Assembly (NCBI GenBank): GCA_024346625.1
Contig: AP024664.1
Location: forward strand, 620,001-684,000
Reading direction: 5' to 3'
Length of the DNA stretch: 64,000 bases
Source: Williopsis jadinii
Lineage: Eukaryota
Position 1 is the stretch's first letter. Each line of letters opens with the position of its first letter. The position numbers and the translations under genes are program-made. This document shows, one piece after another, positions 50,376 through 61,712 of this stretch. The notes under the pieces are model-generated. The model was given only the letters and a program-made list of their open reading frames with translations, did not search any database and was not told the origin of the DNA.

Positions 50376-52898
50376 TCAATGACTATGCTCCAAAGACCCC
50401 AATAGGGTGTCTATCTGTTCAACCAACTCAAATTCCGTATGTGCATTGTCAAGCATGCGAGGATGATAGTTTGGTTGGCTCTTTATGACTTCAATCACCT
50501 TTGCAAATGCAATTCGCCATAGTAGTTCATGTTCCAAGTTTTGTAGAGGTTTTATCTGTTCATCTGGCTTCAAGGATTCACGCATCTGTTCAACAATTTT
50601 CTGTTCTTCCAACGCTTCTCTCTCTGGTGAAAATGGATCTAAACTATGCTGTGCAAGCCTTTCAGATTGTAACCTCTTCAAAGCATCATCGTACAGTGAG
50701 CTTCTCTTAAGCTCAGATATCTCGATACTCGCCTTGTCCTTGTAAATCTTTTCAATCCATTTCAAGCACTGTGGTGTGGGCGTACATCTATGAACAAGAC
50801 CCATGTATTGCAGAACACAAGCCAAACCACATAGATCGTGCTCCAAAGTGAATGTCTTTATGATTGTCGTATAGTCATCAGGAGAAGGAACCACGTTGTC
50901 ATGAATCATCTTCATGAATAACACTCTTAAGTCTGGCAAGTCGATGCCATGACGACGACCACTATTTGTCGCCATTACGTGCCGTAGACATTGCCAGATA
51001 GCAGAGTATAGTTTTGTAAAGTCAGAATACTCCAAGTCCTCCTTGTGTATATCTTCGAGAACAATCGAATGGATGAATTTCATTGCCAATTGGTATTGCC
51101 TATTACGATCCAAGCTACCCAGGATTTGAGTAAGGATCAACGGGTTATAGTGTCCAAGTAGATCGGTAAATCTATCGATGATATGAATCATTTGATCCAC
51201 GTTCCCTGTACGTCCGTAGTATCTGATGAATGGTATATAGTGATGCGGAGCAACAGGAGGTATAACCAAATCTTTGACGAGATCTGGTGTTATCGATACA
51301 TCTCTGTACGAATTCTCCAAATCGTCCAACACTTTGAGTCCCTGTTCTAATTTACCAGCGTTGACCAATGCAGTTAGCAATCTGTACATGTTTCTCTGTG
51401 TAAGTCTCTGTTGCTGCTCTGTAAGAGCTTTGAACTCATCGATAATCCTGGCAAAACCACCAACTTGGCTTAAAGAGTTGAAGAATTCATCGAGGATATC
51501 ACCTTGCTTGGCTTCAACTTCATGTGTTTTCCTATACTGATCAAAGAAGCTATTTATCTGCTTCTCTGCTTGCGAATCTGACAACTTAGAAACCATTGGC
51601 TGGATCTTTGTCTTGTATTCAAATTTGAAGTTTAGTAAGAGATGTTTCAAGTCGTCAGGCGAGGTTGATTCTTGTTCAAGGTAAAAGTCCATAATCTTTG
51701 GGGTTTCTTGCTTCAAACTTTTCAAGCTGCCATGATCATCAACTCCCAGATACGAGGATATGACGCCTAGGAAGGTCTCCCTCGAGGGAGGATCAACAAT
51801 GTTCAAGTACTCTGTGATATCTTCTTCAGCAGCACCTAACCCCGGGTCTTCTCTTTCAAACCGTCTAAATCCCAAAGCCTCCACAACTTGTTGAAGTTTA
51901 TTGGTCCAGTAACGAACCCTTTCAACATTACCTGCCACGATATATCCATTGATGAAATGCACGTATACCCTTTCGTCCATAAATGGTGAATATTTTGTCT
52001 CGATGAGTCGTACCACCGCTTCTGCTTCGTTAAAATTCCTCAAGTCGATGTAGTTTATAACCATCAATTCGTACCACCATCTTTGTCCAATCTTCTCACA
52101 ATTCTTGGCCAATATCGTCTGCGCTTCATGATGATTCCCATAGTACATCAGTGATTCGATATATTGGTACTCGTTTATCGCATCGAATTCGACTCTTTTC
52201 AGCTTGTAGACCAGTGACCCTGATAGAAACCTGGCTCTTAGCCTCAGCTCGTGGTCCGCAACGTACTGAGCCATTTCAAAGCATTGGGCCATATCTTCAA
52301 CTGAGAGTATGGTACAGCCATCAGGTGCCTTGTATAGGTTTTCCAAGACAGTTATCAACACTTCGAACCTTCTATATCTAGCGTTGCCAACGTTCCAGTG
52401 ATCCAATGTTCTCTGCTTGATTTCATATTCCAACCCACGCTCAATGTCCTTAGTCTTGATCTTCGAGTCATCAAGTGGTTCCAGCTCATCTCTATTAGGA
52501 TAGTGCACAATCTCTTCGTACGCTTCCTTTAAAAAGAACTTGAACAATGACTGGGTCTTCTCAGCCTCTGTCGTCAAAGTACTCAACAGTGCCTTCTGTT
52601 TCCTGTATCTCTTATCAGTCTTAGTTCCAGGCCTTGACAAGTTCAAGTTCTCCAACAGCACAATAGAAGGGTCAACGTCAACTGCAGTGACCTCTTGATC
52701 GTTGAGCGACTCCAAGGCCTTATCCAAATCCCCCAGAGGTTTAATCCTCAGTTCGTCAACATGCTCACCGTCTCCAGCCGTTGGCCGTGGTTGCCTGTTG
52801 AGCTGCGGCCTTGTACGAGCAGCACGTTGGGCAATAACGAAGGGAAGAGCTCTTCGTATGTGAGACCTCAACACGGTCCTTCCACCAAGTCTCAACAT
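50376..52898 (-). CDS. SOV1: Mitochondrial PPR-like translational activator Sov1
   Basis: ATG at 52898 begins an Arg-rich presequence (MLRLGGRTVLRSHIRR); FDAINEYQYIESL...QRWWYEL and PHHYIPFI motifs; helical repeats. Confidence 0.75.
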   Translation of the reverse strand: MLRLGGRTVLRSHIRRALPFVIAQRAARTRPQLNRQPRPTAGDGEHVDELRIKPLGDLDKALESLNDQEVTAVDVDPSIVLLENLNLSRPGTKTDKRYRKQKALLSTLTTEAEKTQSLFKFFLKEAYEEIVHYPNRDELEPLDDSKIKTKDIERGLEYEIKQRTLDHWNVGNARYRRFEVLITVLENLYKAPDGCTILSVEDMAQCFEMAQYVADHELRLRARFLSGSLVYKLKRVEFDAINEYQYIESLMYYGNHHEAQTILAKNCEKIGQRWWYELMVINYIDLRNFNEAEAVVRLIETKYSPFMDERVYVHFINGYIVAGNVERVRYWTNKLQQVVEALGFRRFEREDPGLGAAEEDITEYLNIVDPPSRETFLGVISSYLGVDDHGSLKSLKQETPKIMDFYLEQESTSPDDLKHLLLNFKFEYKTKIQPMVSKLSDSQAEKQINSFFDQYRKTHEVEAKQGDILDEFFNSLSQVGGFARIIDEFKALTEQQQRLTQRNMYRLLTALVNAGKLEQGLKVLDDLENSYRDVSITPDLVKDLVIPPVAPHHYIPFIRYYGRTGNVDQMIHIIDRFTDLLGHYNPLILTQILGSLDRNRQYQLAMKFIHSIVLEDIHKEDLEYSDFTKLYSAIWQCLRHVMATNSGRRHGIDLPDLRVLFMKMIHDNVVPSPDDYTTIIKTFTLEHDLCGLACVLQYMGLVHRCTPTPQCLKWIEKIYKDKASIEISELKRSSLYDDALKRLQSERLAQHSLDPFSPEREALEEQKIVEQMRESLKPDEQIKPLQNLEHELLWRIAFAKVIEVIKSQPNYHPRMLDNAHTEFELVEQIDTLLGSLEHSH

Positions 52899-52934
52899 TA
52901 TTGTCTCCGTACCGCTTACTACTTCTGATGCCAC

Positions 52935-52962
52935 CTCATCTCATCGCTTCCTATAAAATTTT
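52935..52962 (-). promoter_or_regulatory. RRPE-like and double PAC upstream of SOV1
   Basis: Minus strand reads AAAATTTT-N7-GCGATGAGATGAG. Confidence 0.7.
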
Positions 52963-53093
52963 GTCCAGGTACTAAGCTCGAGACAAATGCTGCCTCTACC
53001 AATGTCTACCTCTGCGCCACAACCTCACCACAACGTTACCGGGGCTACAGACATCAACACTTACAACCAAGTCGTTTATTGAAAGGATGATAG

Positions 53094-53909
53094 CTACAGT
53101 TTTGAAGACTTTGGAGCATCTCCCACGTGTGCTCCTCCATCGATTGGAATCACTGCCCCGTTGATATAGTCCGACTCCTTCGCGCAGAAGAACAGGACGA
53201 CGCTCTCGATGTCTTCCTGTCTACCGAGCCTCTTCTTCGGGTTGTTCTGTACAAATGTGTCGCCAATCTTCTCCAGCAGCCCGTTGGACATCTTCGTCGG
53301 GAAGAACCCAGGTGCTAGTAGGTTGACGTTGATGTTCTGAGGTCCCAATTCCAAGGCAAGGCATTTACCGAGGTGCATTACACCGGCCTTGGAAGCGGTG
53401 TAGCCATAGGTGCCACCATCCATTGCGTCTGGCTTGATTCCGGTGATTGATCCCATAATCAGTACTCTCGAGGAGTAGTCAACGGTACCAGCTTCCTTCA
53501 ACAGCGGATAAAACGCTTGGATTGTCAAGAATACGCCCTTCACGTTCAAGTCCATCACTTTATCAAAGGCCGATTCAGGGTGCTTCATCAGAGGCGCACC
53601 CCAGGAGGCACCCGCGTTGGCAATCAGAATGTCAACTTTATCCTCCTGAGAGGCAACCTGTTGGGCAAACTTCTTCACACCTTCACCGTTCGAAACGTCA
53701 GAGGCGATACCCACAACTTTGCACGAAGGGTTGTACTGTTTAGCGACGCCTTTCAAAAACTCCACTGATTCATTCACGGCTTGTTGCTTTCTCGACGTGA
53801 TGTAGACAGATTTCGCACCATTCTTCACTAACACCTCAGCACAGTTCAGACCGAGCCCTCTAGAGCCACCGGTGATGACAGCAACCTTCCCATTGACGTT
53901 CAATTTCAT
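53094..53909 (-). CDS. Peroxisomal short-chain dehydrogenase/reductase (RhlG/FabG-like)
   Basis: ATG at 53909; TGGSRGLG, NAGASWG, YTASK, APGFFPTKM; C-terminal SKL PTS1. Confidence 0.9.
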   Translation of the reverse strand: MKLNVNGKVAVITGGSRGLGLNCAEVLVKNGAKSVYITSRKQQAVNESVEFLKGVAKQYNPSCKVVGIASDVSNGEGVKKFAQQVASQEDKVDILIANAGASWGAPLMKHPESAFDKVMDLNVKGVFLTIQAFYPLLKEAGTVDYSSRVLIMGSITGIKPDAMDGGTYGYTASKAGVMHLGKCLALELGPQNINVNLLAPGFFPTKMSNGLLEKIGDTFVQNNPKKRLGRQEDIESVVLFFCAKESDYINGAVIPIDGGAHVGDAPKSSKL

Positions 53910-54803
53910 GATGCGCACACTTTCTGTTTTCTTACCTCGACGTGGTTGTCCAATCTGCCAGACAAACTGTGACACTGAGGACGTTACTCCTTATATAATA
54001 AAAACTGCATCACGAATACGCTGGAAGCTTAGGACATTCTGAACGGGGTTTCTGGTGTCTTGGTGATGGGTTTAATCAGTCTCTCTGACGGTGTCCTCGG
54101 CTAAAACAATGTATGTGGAAATGGGACTTTTCAGTGACACAAAGGTAATCCAACTGAGGTTTTTCGCGCACTTTCCCCACAAAAGTGCTGCGCGTACCAT
54201 AAGAGGAGTCTCGATTTGCGCAAAAAAAGTCTCAACGAGGGACAAACCGAGGACTCTTTTCATATGTCTTTTGTTGACGTCTCCAAAATTTGTCCGCGAG
54301 TATGTCTGTTTTTTGTCTCTGTCTTTGATTTGAGGAGGAGGGGGGGTTACAGCCCAGTTGCTGTCAAAATTGGACAGAAACTTATTCCTAGATAAGGGAC
54401 AAGCAAGCGGGCATTAATTCTATCAAAACTTCATCGGTTGTCCCTAGTTTAATACACAATGGACTCTCCTCTTTATCGCTGTTTCTTTCTGACTTAACAA
54501 TACTTCAACTGTCGTTATTTGAATGTCTCTTGGGATTTGCTAAATCTCAAAATGTCCCCAACGGTTTTTCCTCCCTTTCCCTGCCCTATGCGTCTCGTCC
54601 CAACTTTTTTTTTGGCTTGTTTTTCCTCTGTAAATTCTTGCTTTCTTGGGCTCGGTTTTCCTCCCGCTACGCGGACATTTCCTCTCTGTCCACCTCTTTA
54701 CCCAAACCACCGGACTCAATTGGGACAGGACATATCTCCCTCATCATCAAACCACCAAAGGACAGTCTGACCAAGCAGAAGGGTCTGGGCCTCCGTTGAA
54801 GCA

Positions 54804-55955
54804 ATGAATTCGATATCCTACATTGCCCATAAGGTTGATGATGCCCTCACACCTCTTGAAGCCGGCACCAAGGGCCCCCAACATGACACAGACGCACAGG
54901 AGGGACAGGACCAGCCTACCGTCGATACCTCAGCACAGGCCGCACAGGAGCCACCGAGATCAATGGCCACGTATGTGATTGGCGTACTGCTCTTCTTGCC
55001 GAACGTTCTCATAGTGAGGCCGCTGTTGTTTTGCTGGTTTATCGTCACGTTCCCTTTGAGTCTCATTGAGCGAAGCCGGGGCCCGGCCGATGAAGCGAAG
55101 GCACAACACGGAGCAGTGGGGACAGCAACACGGGACGACGATGAGGAGGAGGAGGAAGACGACGACGATAACTTGAACGATAACGACACTGACGACATAC
55201 AAAACATGAAAACTGACATGGACTCCACCCTGCCGGTGGTTTCAAACTCCACAATATTGGAGCTGGATGAAACCACGGACAGGACAACATCCATAGATCT
55301 CAAATCTCCAACGTCGCCTCTCTCCTCACAGATCATCGGGTCGAGATCAAGACACCTGGCGTTCCCTAAGACTGTGTTTCCACAGGCACTGGTGAATTCG
55401 AATGCCCGCAAGACGCTGGTTTTGGACCTGGATGAAACGCTGGTGCACTCCCTGTCCCGTGGAGCCAGAATGTCCAATGGACATATGATCGAGATCAAGC
55501 TGAACGATCACGTTGCCACGCTCTACTCGGTCCACAAGCGTCCCTACTGCGACCATTTCCTCAAGCAGGTGTCCAAATGGTTCAACTTGGTGATATTCAC
55601 CGCGAGCGTGAAGGAGTATGCTGATCCGGTCATTGACTGGCTGGAATCAGAGAGGAAGTACTTCACACACCGATTCTATAGAAACCACTGTACGCTGAGA
55701 GAAGGCCAAGGCTATATAAAGGATCTGGCATCGGTGGACAAGAACCTGAATCACGTGATCATCGTGGATAACTCTCCAATCAGCTACGCATGGCATGAGA
55801 GTAACGCAGTTACAGTGGAGGGCTGGATCAACGATGCTACAGATACAGACCTCTTGAACTTGATACCCTTGTTGAGGGCCATGAGATATACAACTGATGT
55901 TAGAACAGTACTGGCTCTTAAAAATGGTGAAGTTGCATTCGAAAACAGCGATTAA
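54804..55955 (+). CDS. NEM1: Nem1 HAD phosphatase (Nem1-Spo7 complex)
   Basis: N-terminal TM segments, KTLVLDLDETLVHS, HKRPYCD, FTASVKEYADPVIDWLE, IVDNSPISY; near GPA1 as in S. cerevisiae. Confidence 0.93.
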   Translation: MNSISYIAHKVDDALTPLEAGTKGPQHDTDAQEGQDQPTVDTSAQAAQEPPRSMATYVIGVLLFLPNVLIVRPLLFCWFIVTFPLSLIERSRGPADEAKAQHGAVGTATRDDDEEEEEDDDDNLNDNDTDDIQNMKTDMDSTLPVVSNSTILELDETTDRTTSIDLKSPTSPLSSQIIGSRSRHLAFPKTVFPQALVNSNARKTLVLDLDETLVHSLSRGARMSNGHMIEIKLNDHVATLYSVHKRPYCDHFLKQVSKWFNLVIFTASVKEYADPVIDWLESERKYFTHRFYRNHCTLREGQGYIKDLASVDKNLNHVIIVDNSPISYAWHESNAVTVEGWINDATDTDLLNLIPLLRAMRYTTDVRTVLALKNGEVAFENSD

Positions 55956-56040
55956 CATAGGCCACTGTTGTTATGCATTAATTATTATAAATCTATATAC
56001 ATACACCAGCCATTTTACAGTGCATTGGCATGGTCTGTGC

Positions 56041-58284
56041 TTATTCTTCATCAACTTTAGCAGTAGGCTTCACGACATTCAGCAGAAGCCCCATTCTTGC
56101 AAATCCACCACTGGTTACACTCGCGCCTCTAGAACTCGTAGTGCTTCGGCTTCTCACAGGTCCCGAACTCGTGCTAGTCCTCCTCCATCCTCTGATTTCA
56201 TCATGATCTCTCACAACATCAGTATGGAAAGGCTTAAGATCCCCAAGGCAGCCTCCGGTTCCTTCCTTATCGCCAAAATCACCATATACACTATGGCACA
56301 TATTGTTATCAGCACTATGAACACTGGGGGGATTAGGAACAACCGTCCTGACGGAGGAGAGACGTTCACGCAATGAAAAGAACTTGTAATCAAACCCATG
56401 GGGATCATCATGACGTGAGCCTTCCAACAGCTTCTCCAATGCCTTGATACGGTCAGCTCTCGTTTGGGCAATTGAGCGTAGCCCTTGAATTTCCTTGACA
56501 AATTGGTGATTTTGTTCTTCCAGATTGTTGATCTTTGAGGTGAACTGTTCCAATGTATGGTGCAATGCCTTTAAATGATCGTCATCAGTGGTGGCTTTTT
56601 TTGATGCTTCAATTGCAGAGTCCAACTTTGTTTGAAGATCAACAATCAGCAGACATTTGCTTTCTAAATCTGACAGCAGAACATTGTTCATAGTTTGGGA
56701 ATCCTCCAATTGTTTAACGAGTGAAGTATCACTTGGGGGAGTAGCGAAGGACGGGCATTTGCCCAACATTGCAGTCAATTCCCTAAGTCTGTTCTCCAAA
56801 TATTCAACTTTATGAATCATAGCCGACGATACTTCATCAACTGCTGGTTCCTTTGAGACAGGCTCGGGCTGTGTTAATTTATTCACGCCAGTTCTCCAAA
56901 GATCAAGCTCTATGCTCATCTCCTTGAGTTTCAACTCATGGTCTTGGTTCAACCTCGTTAGGTGTTCAATCTGTCTCATCATATCCAATTGGCTTGGCTC
57001 CGCATTAACATGTGCCTTGTTCTTGATCTTCTTTGCCCTTGAACCGAATCTCAATGTTGAAATCGTCTCTGATTCGTTATAGCTCGATGGCGAACAGTTT
57101 ATGATCAAGCTTGTCTTTGAGTTACCACCTAACGACTCTTGCAATATTCTGGTCAGCTTGGAGTCCCTGTACGGTATATGCGAAGATTTCGAGTCCGTCA
57201 AAGCACTGATAACGTTACCTAAAGATGACAAAGAGCTGTTGATCTTCTTTGCTTCTTCAAGAGTTTGGCCAGAGGCACCGGTCTTTCCAACCTTTTCACT
57301 TCCAGCTAAATCGACCAAGAACAGCTTGGATCTTTTTATGCCGTCTTGCAAGCTCTCCTGTGTCAGGTCAATCTGTAATATGGCATGAGACCTTGAACTC
57401 TCAACGTTCATCTCTGTACTGGCGACGGCACGCAGCTCTGAGCCTCTTTGTAGCAACCTATACAGATCCTCATTAGAGCCCAGGTACTGTCTGTTCAAGT
57501 TCCTTACATGAACACCATTCAGTCCATCTTCATGAATCGTTAGCTGCTTAGAGCTTGGACCCGATAGCAAGTCTCTAATCTGCTCCATGTAGATCTCCAT
57601 GTATGACGCACTCAACGTACATTCCGTTTCGTCTGTCGCCTGTGAGATTCTCTCAAATATGGCATCTGCAATTCTGGGTATTATCCCCTTTGACTCCTCG
57701 TCATCGATGCTAGGCCCCATCATTGTGTATGTCTTACCGGACCCAGTTTGTCCGTAGACTAACACGGTACCGTTATAACCATCGAACAGATCATCAACGG
57801 TCTGTGATACTGAAAAGTCAAACACTTCCTTCTGGGAGCTGTTGGAATCGAACACCCTATCGAACTGGTACTCTTCATCTTTGAACCTGGTAGTGTACTC
57901 GTCCATCACAACATGACACGTCTGCGATCCGTTGTTCTTCTCATTCTCCGCTTCTGGCCTGAACCTTGCAATGACCTTTATGGAGTCTCTATTCTTCAAG
58001 GCATCCTTCACCGGGCTTTTCAACGGGCTTTTCAAGGGAGTCTTCGCAGATGAGGGCGACGTGTAGCTCAGCCTCTTTGAAGGGGTTCCTACCATCTTTG
58101 ACTGGCCTGGTGGCGTATTCGAGATTGACACCTTTGATCTTCTGCGGGAGGAGGCCGTCGCTAATGCTGCAGTGGGTGACGGTGATGATAACGACGACTG
58201 ACGTCTAAGCGATGACGATGAAGGAGACGATGTCATCCGCTCACGAGCAGTTGCATGAGGTGTAGAGAAGCCACTTTCCGTCAT
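56041..58284 (-). CDS. SMY1: Kinesin-1 family motor at the SMY1 position
   Basis: YGQTGSGKT, NVESSRSH, LVDLAGSE, HIPYRDSKLTRILQESLGGN, coiled-coil stalk; next to VMA5 like YKL079W/YKL080W. Confidence 0.85.
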   Translation of the reverse strand: MTESGFSTPHATARERMTSSPSSSSLRRQSSLSSPSPTAALATASSRRRSKVSISNTPPGQSKMVGTPSKRLSYTSPSSAKTPLKSPLKSPVKDALKNRDSIKVIARFRPEAENEKNNGSQTCHVVMDEYTTRFKDEEYQFDRVFDSNSSQKEVFDFSVSQTVDDLFDGYNGTVLVYGQTGSGKTYTMMGPSIDDEESKGIIPRIADAIFERISQATDETECTLSASYMEIYMEQIRDLLSGPSSKQLTIHEDGLNGVHVRNLNRQYLGSNEDLYRLLQRGSELRAVASTEMNVESSRSHAILQIDLTQESLQDGIKRSKLFLVDLAGSEKVGKTGASGQTLEEAKKINSSLSSLGNVISALTDSKSSHIPYRDSKLTRILQESLGGNSKTSLIINCSPSSYNESETISTLRFGSRAKKIKNKAHVNAEPSQLDMMRQIEHLTRLNQDHELKLKEMSIELDLWRTGVNKLTQPEPVSKEPAVDEVSSAMIHKVEYLENRLRELTAMLGKCPSFATPPSDTSLVKQLEDSQTMNNVLLSDLESKCLLIVDLQTKLDSAIEASKKATTDDDHLKALHHTLEQFTSKINNLEEQNHQFVKEIQGLRSIAQTRADRIKALEKLLEGSRHDDPHGFDYKFFSLRERLSSVRTVVPNPPSVHSADNNMCHSVYGDFGDKEGTGGCLGDLKPFHTDVVRDHDEIRGWRRTSTSSGPVRSRSTTSSRGASVTSGGFARMGLLLNVVKPTAKVDEE

Positions 58285-58388
58285 CCAATATCTTCGTTTC
58301 GTGGTGGTTGCGAGTTGCTGTAAACCTGTTGCGTGTTCAATGTTAGCGTGCAGTGGGAAATTTGCAGGCGGGAATGTATACAGCTGTA

Positions 58389-58500
58389 CGATTATATTAT
58401 GACATTATAGTTATATTATCGCAATTATCGCAATTATAACAATTATAACAATTATATTATAAAGTTATAACAATTATATTATAACGTTACAACATTGATA
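58389..58500. repeat. AT-rich degenerate short tandem repeat (CAATTATAA/CAATTATCG-like units)
   Basis: ...gcaattatcgcaattataacaattataacaattatattat... between the VMA5 stop and the kinesin start. Confidence 0.75.
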
Positions 58501-58535
58501 TAACCATCACCACGGTCATACTGTTATAACGGGCT

Positions 58536-59711
58536 CTATTTGATCTCAACATCATACACAACAAAAGGTTCGTACTCTGTGTCAACAAGGTTGGAGTACT
58601 CATTCAATGAGTTGTCCTTTTGCACCTTACCCTTCTTATCCACACTGAATGCATTCCCACCGAGGTACCCAAACTCATGGATCAGCTCCTTCTTTGCCTG
58701 GTCAACAGCCTTGAGATTAGGGATCTTGATGATGCTTGTGACAAAGTCTGGTGGCAGTCCGTATCTCAATACCGACTCAACAAAGACCCTGATGGACTTC
58801 AAGTGGAACCAATTGGAAGTGATATCGGAGTAGGCAGCTCTGGCTAGTCTAATGAGCTCTCCTTTCAATCTGTTCTCGGTCTGTGCTGCAACCTCGTGCT
58901 CCTTTCTCATCTCGTTCAGCAGCTCTTCGGAGTAGACAAAGTCCCTAGGAACGAACTTGGCCTCACGCAACGCCTGTGTGTAGTCGGCAATGTACTTCTT
59001 GAACAGGATAACGCTGTACAGTTGGAACTCAGAGTCCTCCTTGATGAGCTTCGCACTTCTTGGAACAACCATCGGTGTCAACGTCTCGTACGTGTTTAGA
59101 AACTCAGAGTGTAAGTTCTTTGGCACGGCAACTAGCAGAGTCTGCAGATGTTCAGAGTCGAGCACGAAATCAGAAGGTGACACGATGTCGTGGAGCGATC
59201 TCACTGATAAGTCACCGGTTTGTTTCCTCTCGGCAGCAGCGAGGTTGGACTTGGCTGTTGTGTAGTTTGCGTATGCGTTTCTAACGTCCGTATCCAGTTG
59301 GAACGCCTCTTCTGATATGGCGGAGATCAGCTCCTTCAGCGACTTGTCCACTCTAAACTTCGAGCTCTTCCATTTGAAGTGCTCGACGTAATCCGAGACC
59401 CACTTGTCATCCACCTTCTTCGAGGCATTGACAAGCGGCTGGTTGTTGTCGTACAGACTAGTCAGAACCTCCAGCACTTTGGTCACGGCATGGCCCAGCT
59501 GTTCGTCAATCTTCTGCAGCTCCTCACTCTGCAGCACCAACGAGTCCAAGGTACCGATCTTGAAGCTTGGAATCTCAATCTTGTTCACAACAGCCTTCCC
59601 GCCAATCAAACTCCTCTCCAACCATTCCTCAACAGACTGTGAAGGATGGGACTCAGGTGCACTCTTCGATGGCAGAGACAGCAATAGATAATGTGCAACA
59701 GACCCGGACAT
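58536..59711 (-). CDS. VMA5: V-ATPase V1 subunit C
   Basis: IPSFKIGTLDSL, RKQTGDLSVRSLHDIV, FVESVLRYGLPP, EYEPFV. Confidence 0.97.
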   Translation of the reverse strand: MSGSVAHYLLLSLPSKSAPESHPSQSVEEWLERSLIGGKAVVNKIEIPSFKIGTLDSLVLQSEELQKIDEQLGHAVTKVLEVLTSLYDNNQPLVNASKKVDDKWVSDYVEHFKWKSSKFRVDKSLKELISAISEEAFQLDTDVRNAYANYTTAKSNLAAAERKQTGDLSVRSLHDIVSPSDFVLDSEHLQTLLVAVPKNLHSEFLNTYETLTPMVVPRSAKLIKEDSEFQLYSVILFKKYIADYTQALREAKFVPRDFVYSEELLNEMRKEHEVAAQTENRLKGELIRLARAAYSDITSNWFHLKSIRVFVESVLRYGLPPDFVTSIIKIPNLKAVDQAKKELIHEFGYLGGNAFSVDKKGKVQKDNSLNEYSNLVDTEYEPFVVYDVEIK

Positions 59712-60293
59712 CCTGTATAAAACCCGTTCGCTCTTTCAACTGTTCGCTCTCACGCTCTCGCACTCTCCAAAATGCACTCAATTGCGTTCCTCTGGCGAGC
59801 CCTTTCTCACTTGTGGTGGTTCTATTGTGTCCCCCTGGTTGGCGAGGGGGGCCTTTGGGGGGAGGAAATCTCGTCAATTTTGTTGCAGCGCTTTTCTCCC
59901 TGCGCGGGCCGCCAGATGCTTACATAAGCCACGGTAGGGTAACCGTTCCGCGAGGAGCGATCTCACGCATCGCCATGGCAGCTTCCTGGCGATGGCCAGT
60001 GGAGTGTGCACCGTGTTGACGGTATGGGCTTTTTGGCCAGTGTGATGATGATGTTGATGGCTGTTACTCAACGGCAACCGGTTCTAGCCTGGCTCAACAG
60101 CATACCCAAGCGCATGACCAGGTAGTCACAGCTACGGTGGTTGCCATAGCTCTGCGCCAGGCGAGATTACTCCCCGTGTGTCCCCTAACCGATGGGGTTG
60201 GCACCTCTCGAGAATTTTTTTTGCTTCTTTGCAGCTAACGATAGTGGGCCATCTCTCTGGACTCAGTGGACGGTATTAATCGGAAGACGGATA

Positions 60294-61608
60294 ATGAGCT
60301 CGTCATTGGAGGTATGTTCTCTGTGTCTGTGCGGTGGTGGTGGTGTGCTGTGTGCTGTTGTGGATACTAACGTGTGTTGTGAAGGAACGTCTCAAGTCCA
60401 ACTCATCAGCGTTTGATGGTCTCTTGTCGTTAATCCCGGCAAAGTACTACTACGACGATGATACACAGGAGCAATGGAAGGCGAAGAAGCAGTCCAAAGA
60501 GGACGCGCACAAGAACAAGAGGGCCAAACTGGATCCGGAGCTTTCCCGTGAGAGTGAAAAGGCCGGCACTGCGGCTGCGGTGCTGAAGAAGAGGGCACAG
60601 TCCGCCAAACCTGTAGTGATACCAGGCCAGAAGAAGCAGGAGAAGGCTCAGGAGGCCAAGCAGGAGAACGAGAGAGCTGCTCCAAAGGAGCAGCTCGATG
60701 AAGAAGAAGATGAAGAAGAAGAGGTGAATTTCATATTCGACGACGAGGGAAATGAGATTGTCGAAGAGTCCGAGGAGTCTGACCATGAAGAAATGCCCGT
60801 CGAGGAGAAGAAAAACGGTAAGGATTTAAGTGACGAGGAAAAGAGAAAGAAAGAGGAGTCGATTAAGGCTTTGAGGGAGAAGCTTGCCTCAAAGATCACT
60901 TTCATGAAGGAGAAACGTAAAGCCCCTGGCTCGAAGGCTAGCGGCGCACCATCTTCTCGTGAGGCCATCTTGGAAGAACGTCGTAAGAAAGCTGAGGCCC
61001 GTGCAGAGAGAAAGCGTCGTCGCTTGCAAGAAGAGGGCGATGATGATGACGATGATGACGACAGCAACAATGACGATGACAGCGAAGCTGAGGAAGAGGA
61101 CAAATCGGATAACGTCATCTATCAGAACATCGTCTTTGACGAGAACACTCGTGCAACTTCAGATTTACAAAACGTAAGAGTCGACAGGAAGAAAGGTCCA
61201 GCCAAGAAGGACTTGAAGGCCCATCTCAAGTTGGTTGAACAAAAGAAGCAAAAGCTGGAGAATCTATCTAAGGATAAGAAACAGGAGATAGCAGAAAGGG
61301 AAAATTGGAACAGAACTTTAGCAGCAGCTGAAGGACAGAAGCTGAGAGATGATGAGAAGTTGTTAAAGAAGGCCATCAAACGTAAAGAAGCCCAGAAGAG
61401 ACGTTCTGAGATCGAATGGAGAGACCGTAAAGATCACGTTGAGAATCAAATAAAGGCAAAGCAAAAGAGAAGAGAGGAGAATTTGGCAATCAGAAAGGCG
61501 AACAAAGGTGTTAAACGTAAGAATCAGATCAAGCAACTCAGAACATTCAAAACCTCAATTGCACCAAAAAGAGCAGGCTTTGAAGGCAGAAGAAGAACAA
61601 AGAAATGA
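60294..61608 (+). CDS. RRP14: Ribosome biogenesis factor Rrp14 (SURF6), 2 exons: 60294-60311, 60385-61608 (413 aa)
   Basis: Splicing out GTATGT/TACTAAC/AAG (73 nt) gives MSSSLEERLKSNSSAFDGLLSLIPAKYYY; SURF6 C-terminus with RAGFEG. Confidence 0.94.
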
Positions 61609-61712
61609 TTCACCAAGATGGTGTCACACGTTATGTACGTTTAATCGATGTACTTATAATTGAAGCGTTGGTCTTATGTATCTTTTATTAACGACAACGT
61701 GCATTTCATGTG

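Noticed and set aside
59770..60210. GC-rich VMA5/RRP14 intergenic region as a structured ncRNA or snoRNA
   Set aside because: No RNase P/MRP, SRP, snRNA or complete C/D box signature recognised; explained as a divergent promoter (Reb1-like GGGTAA, bZIP-like site, poly-T). An Infernal scan would settle it
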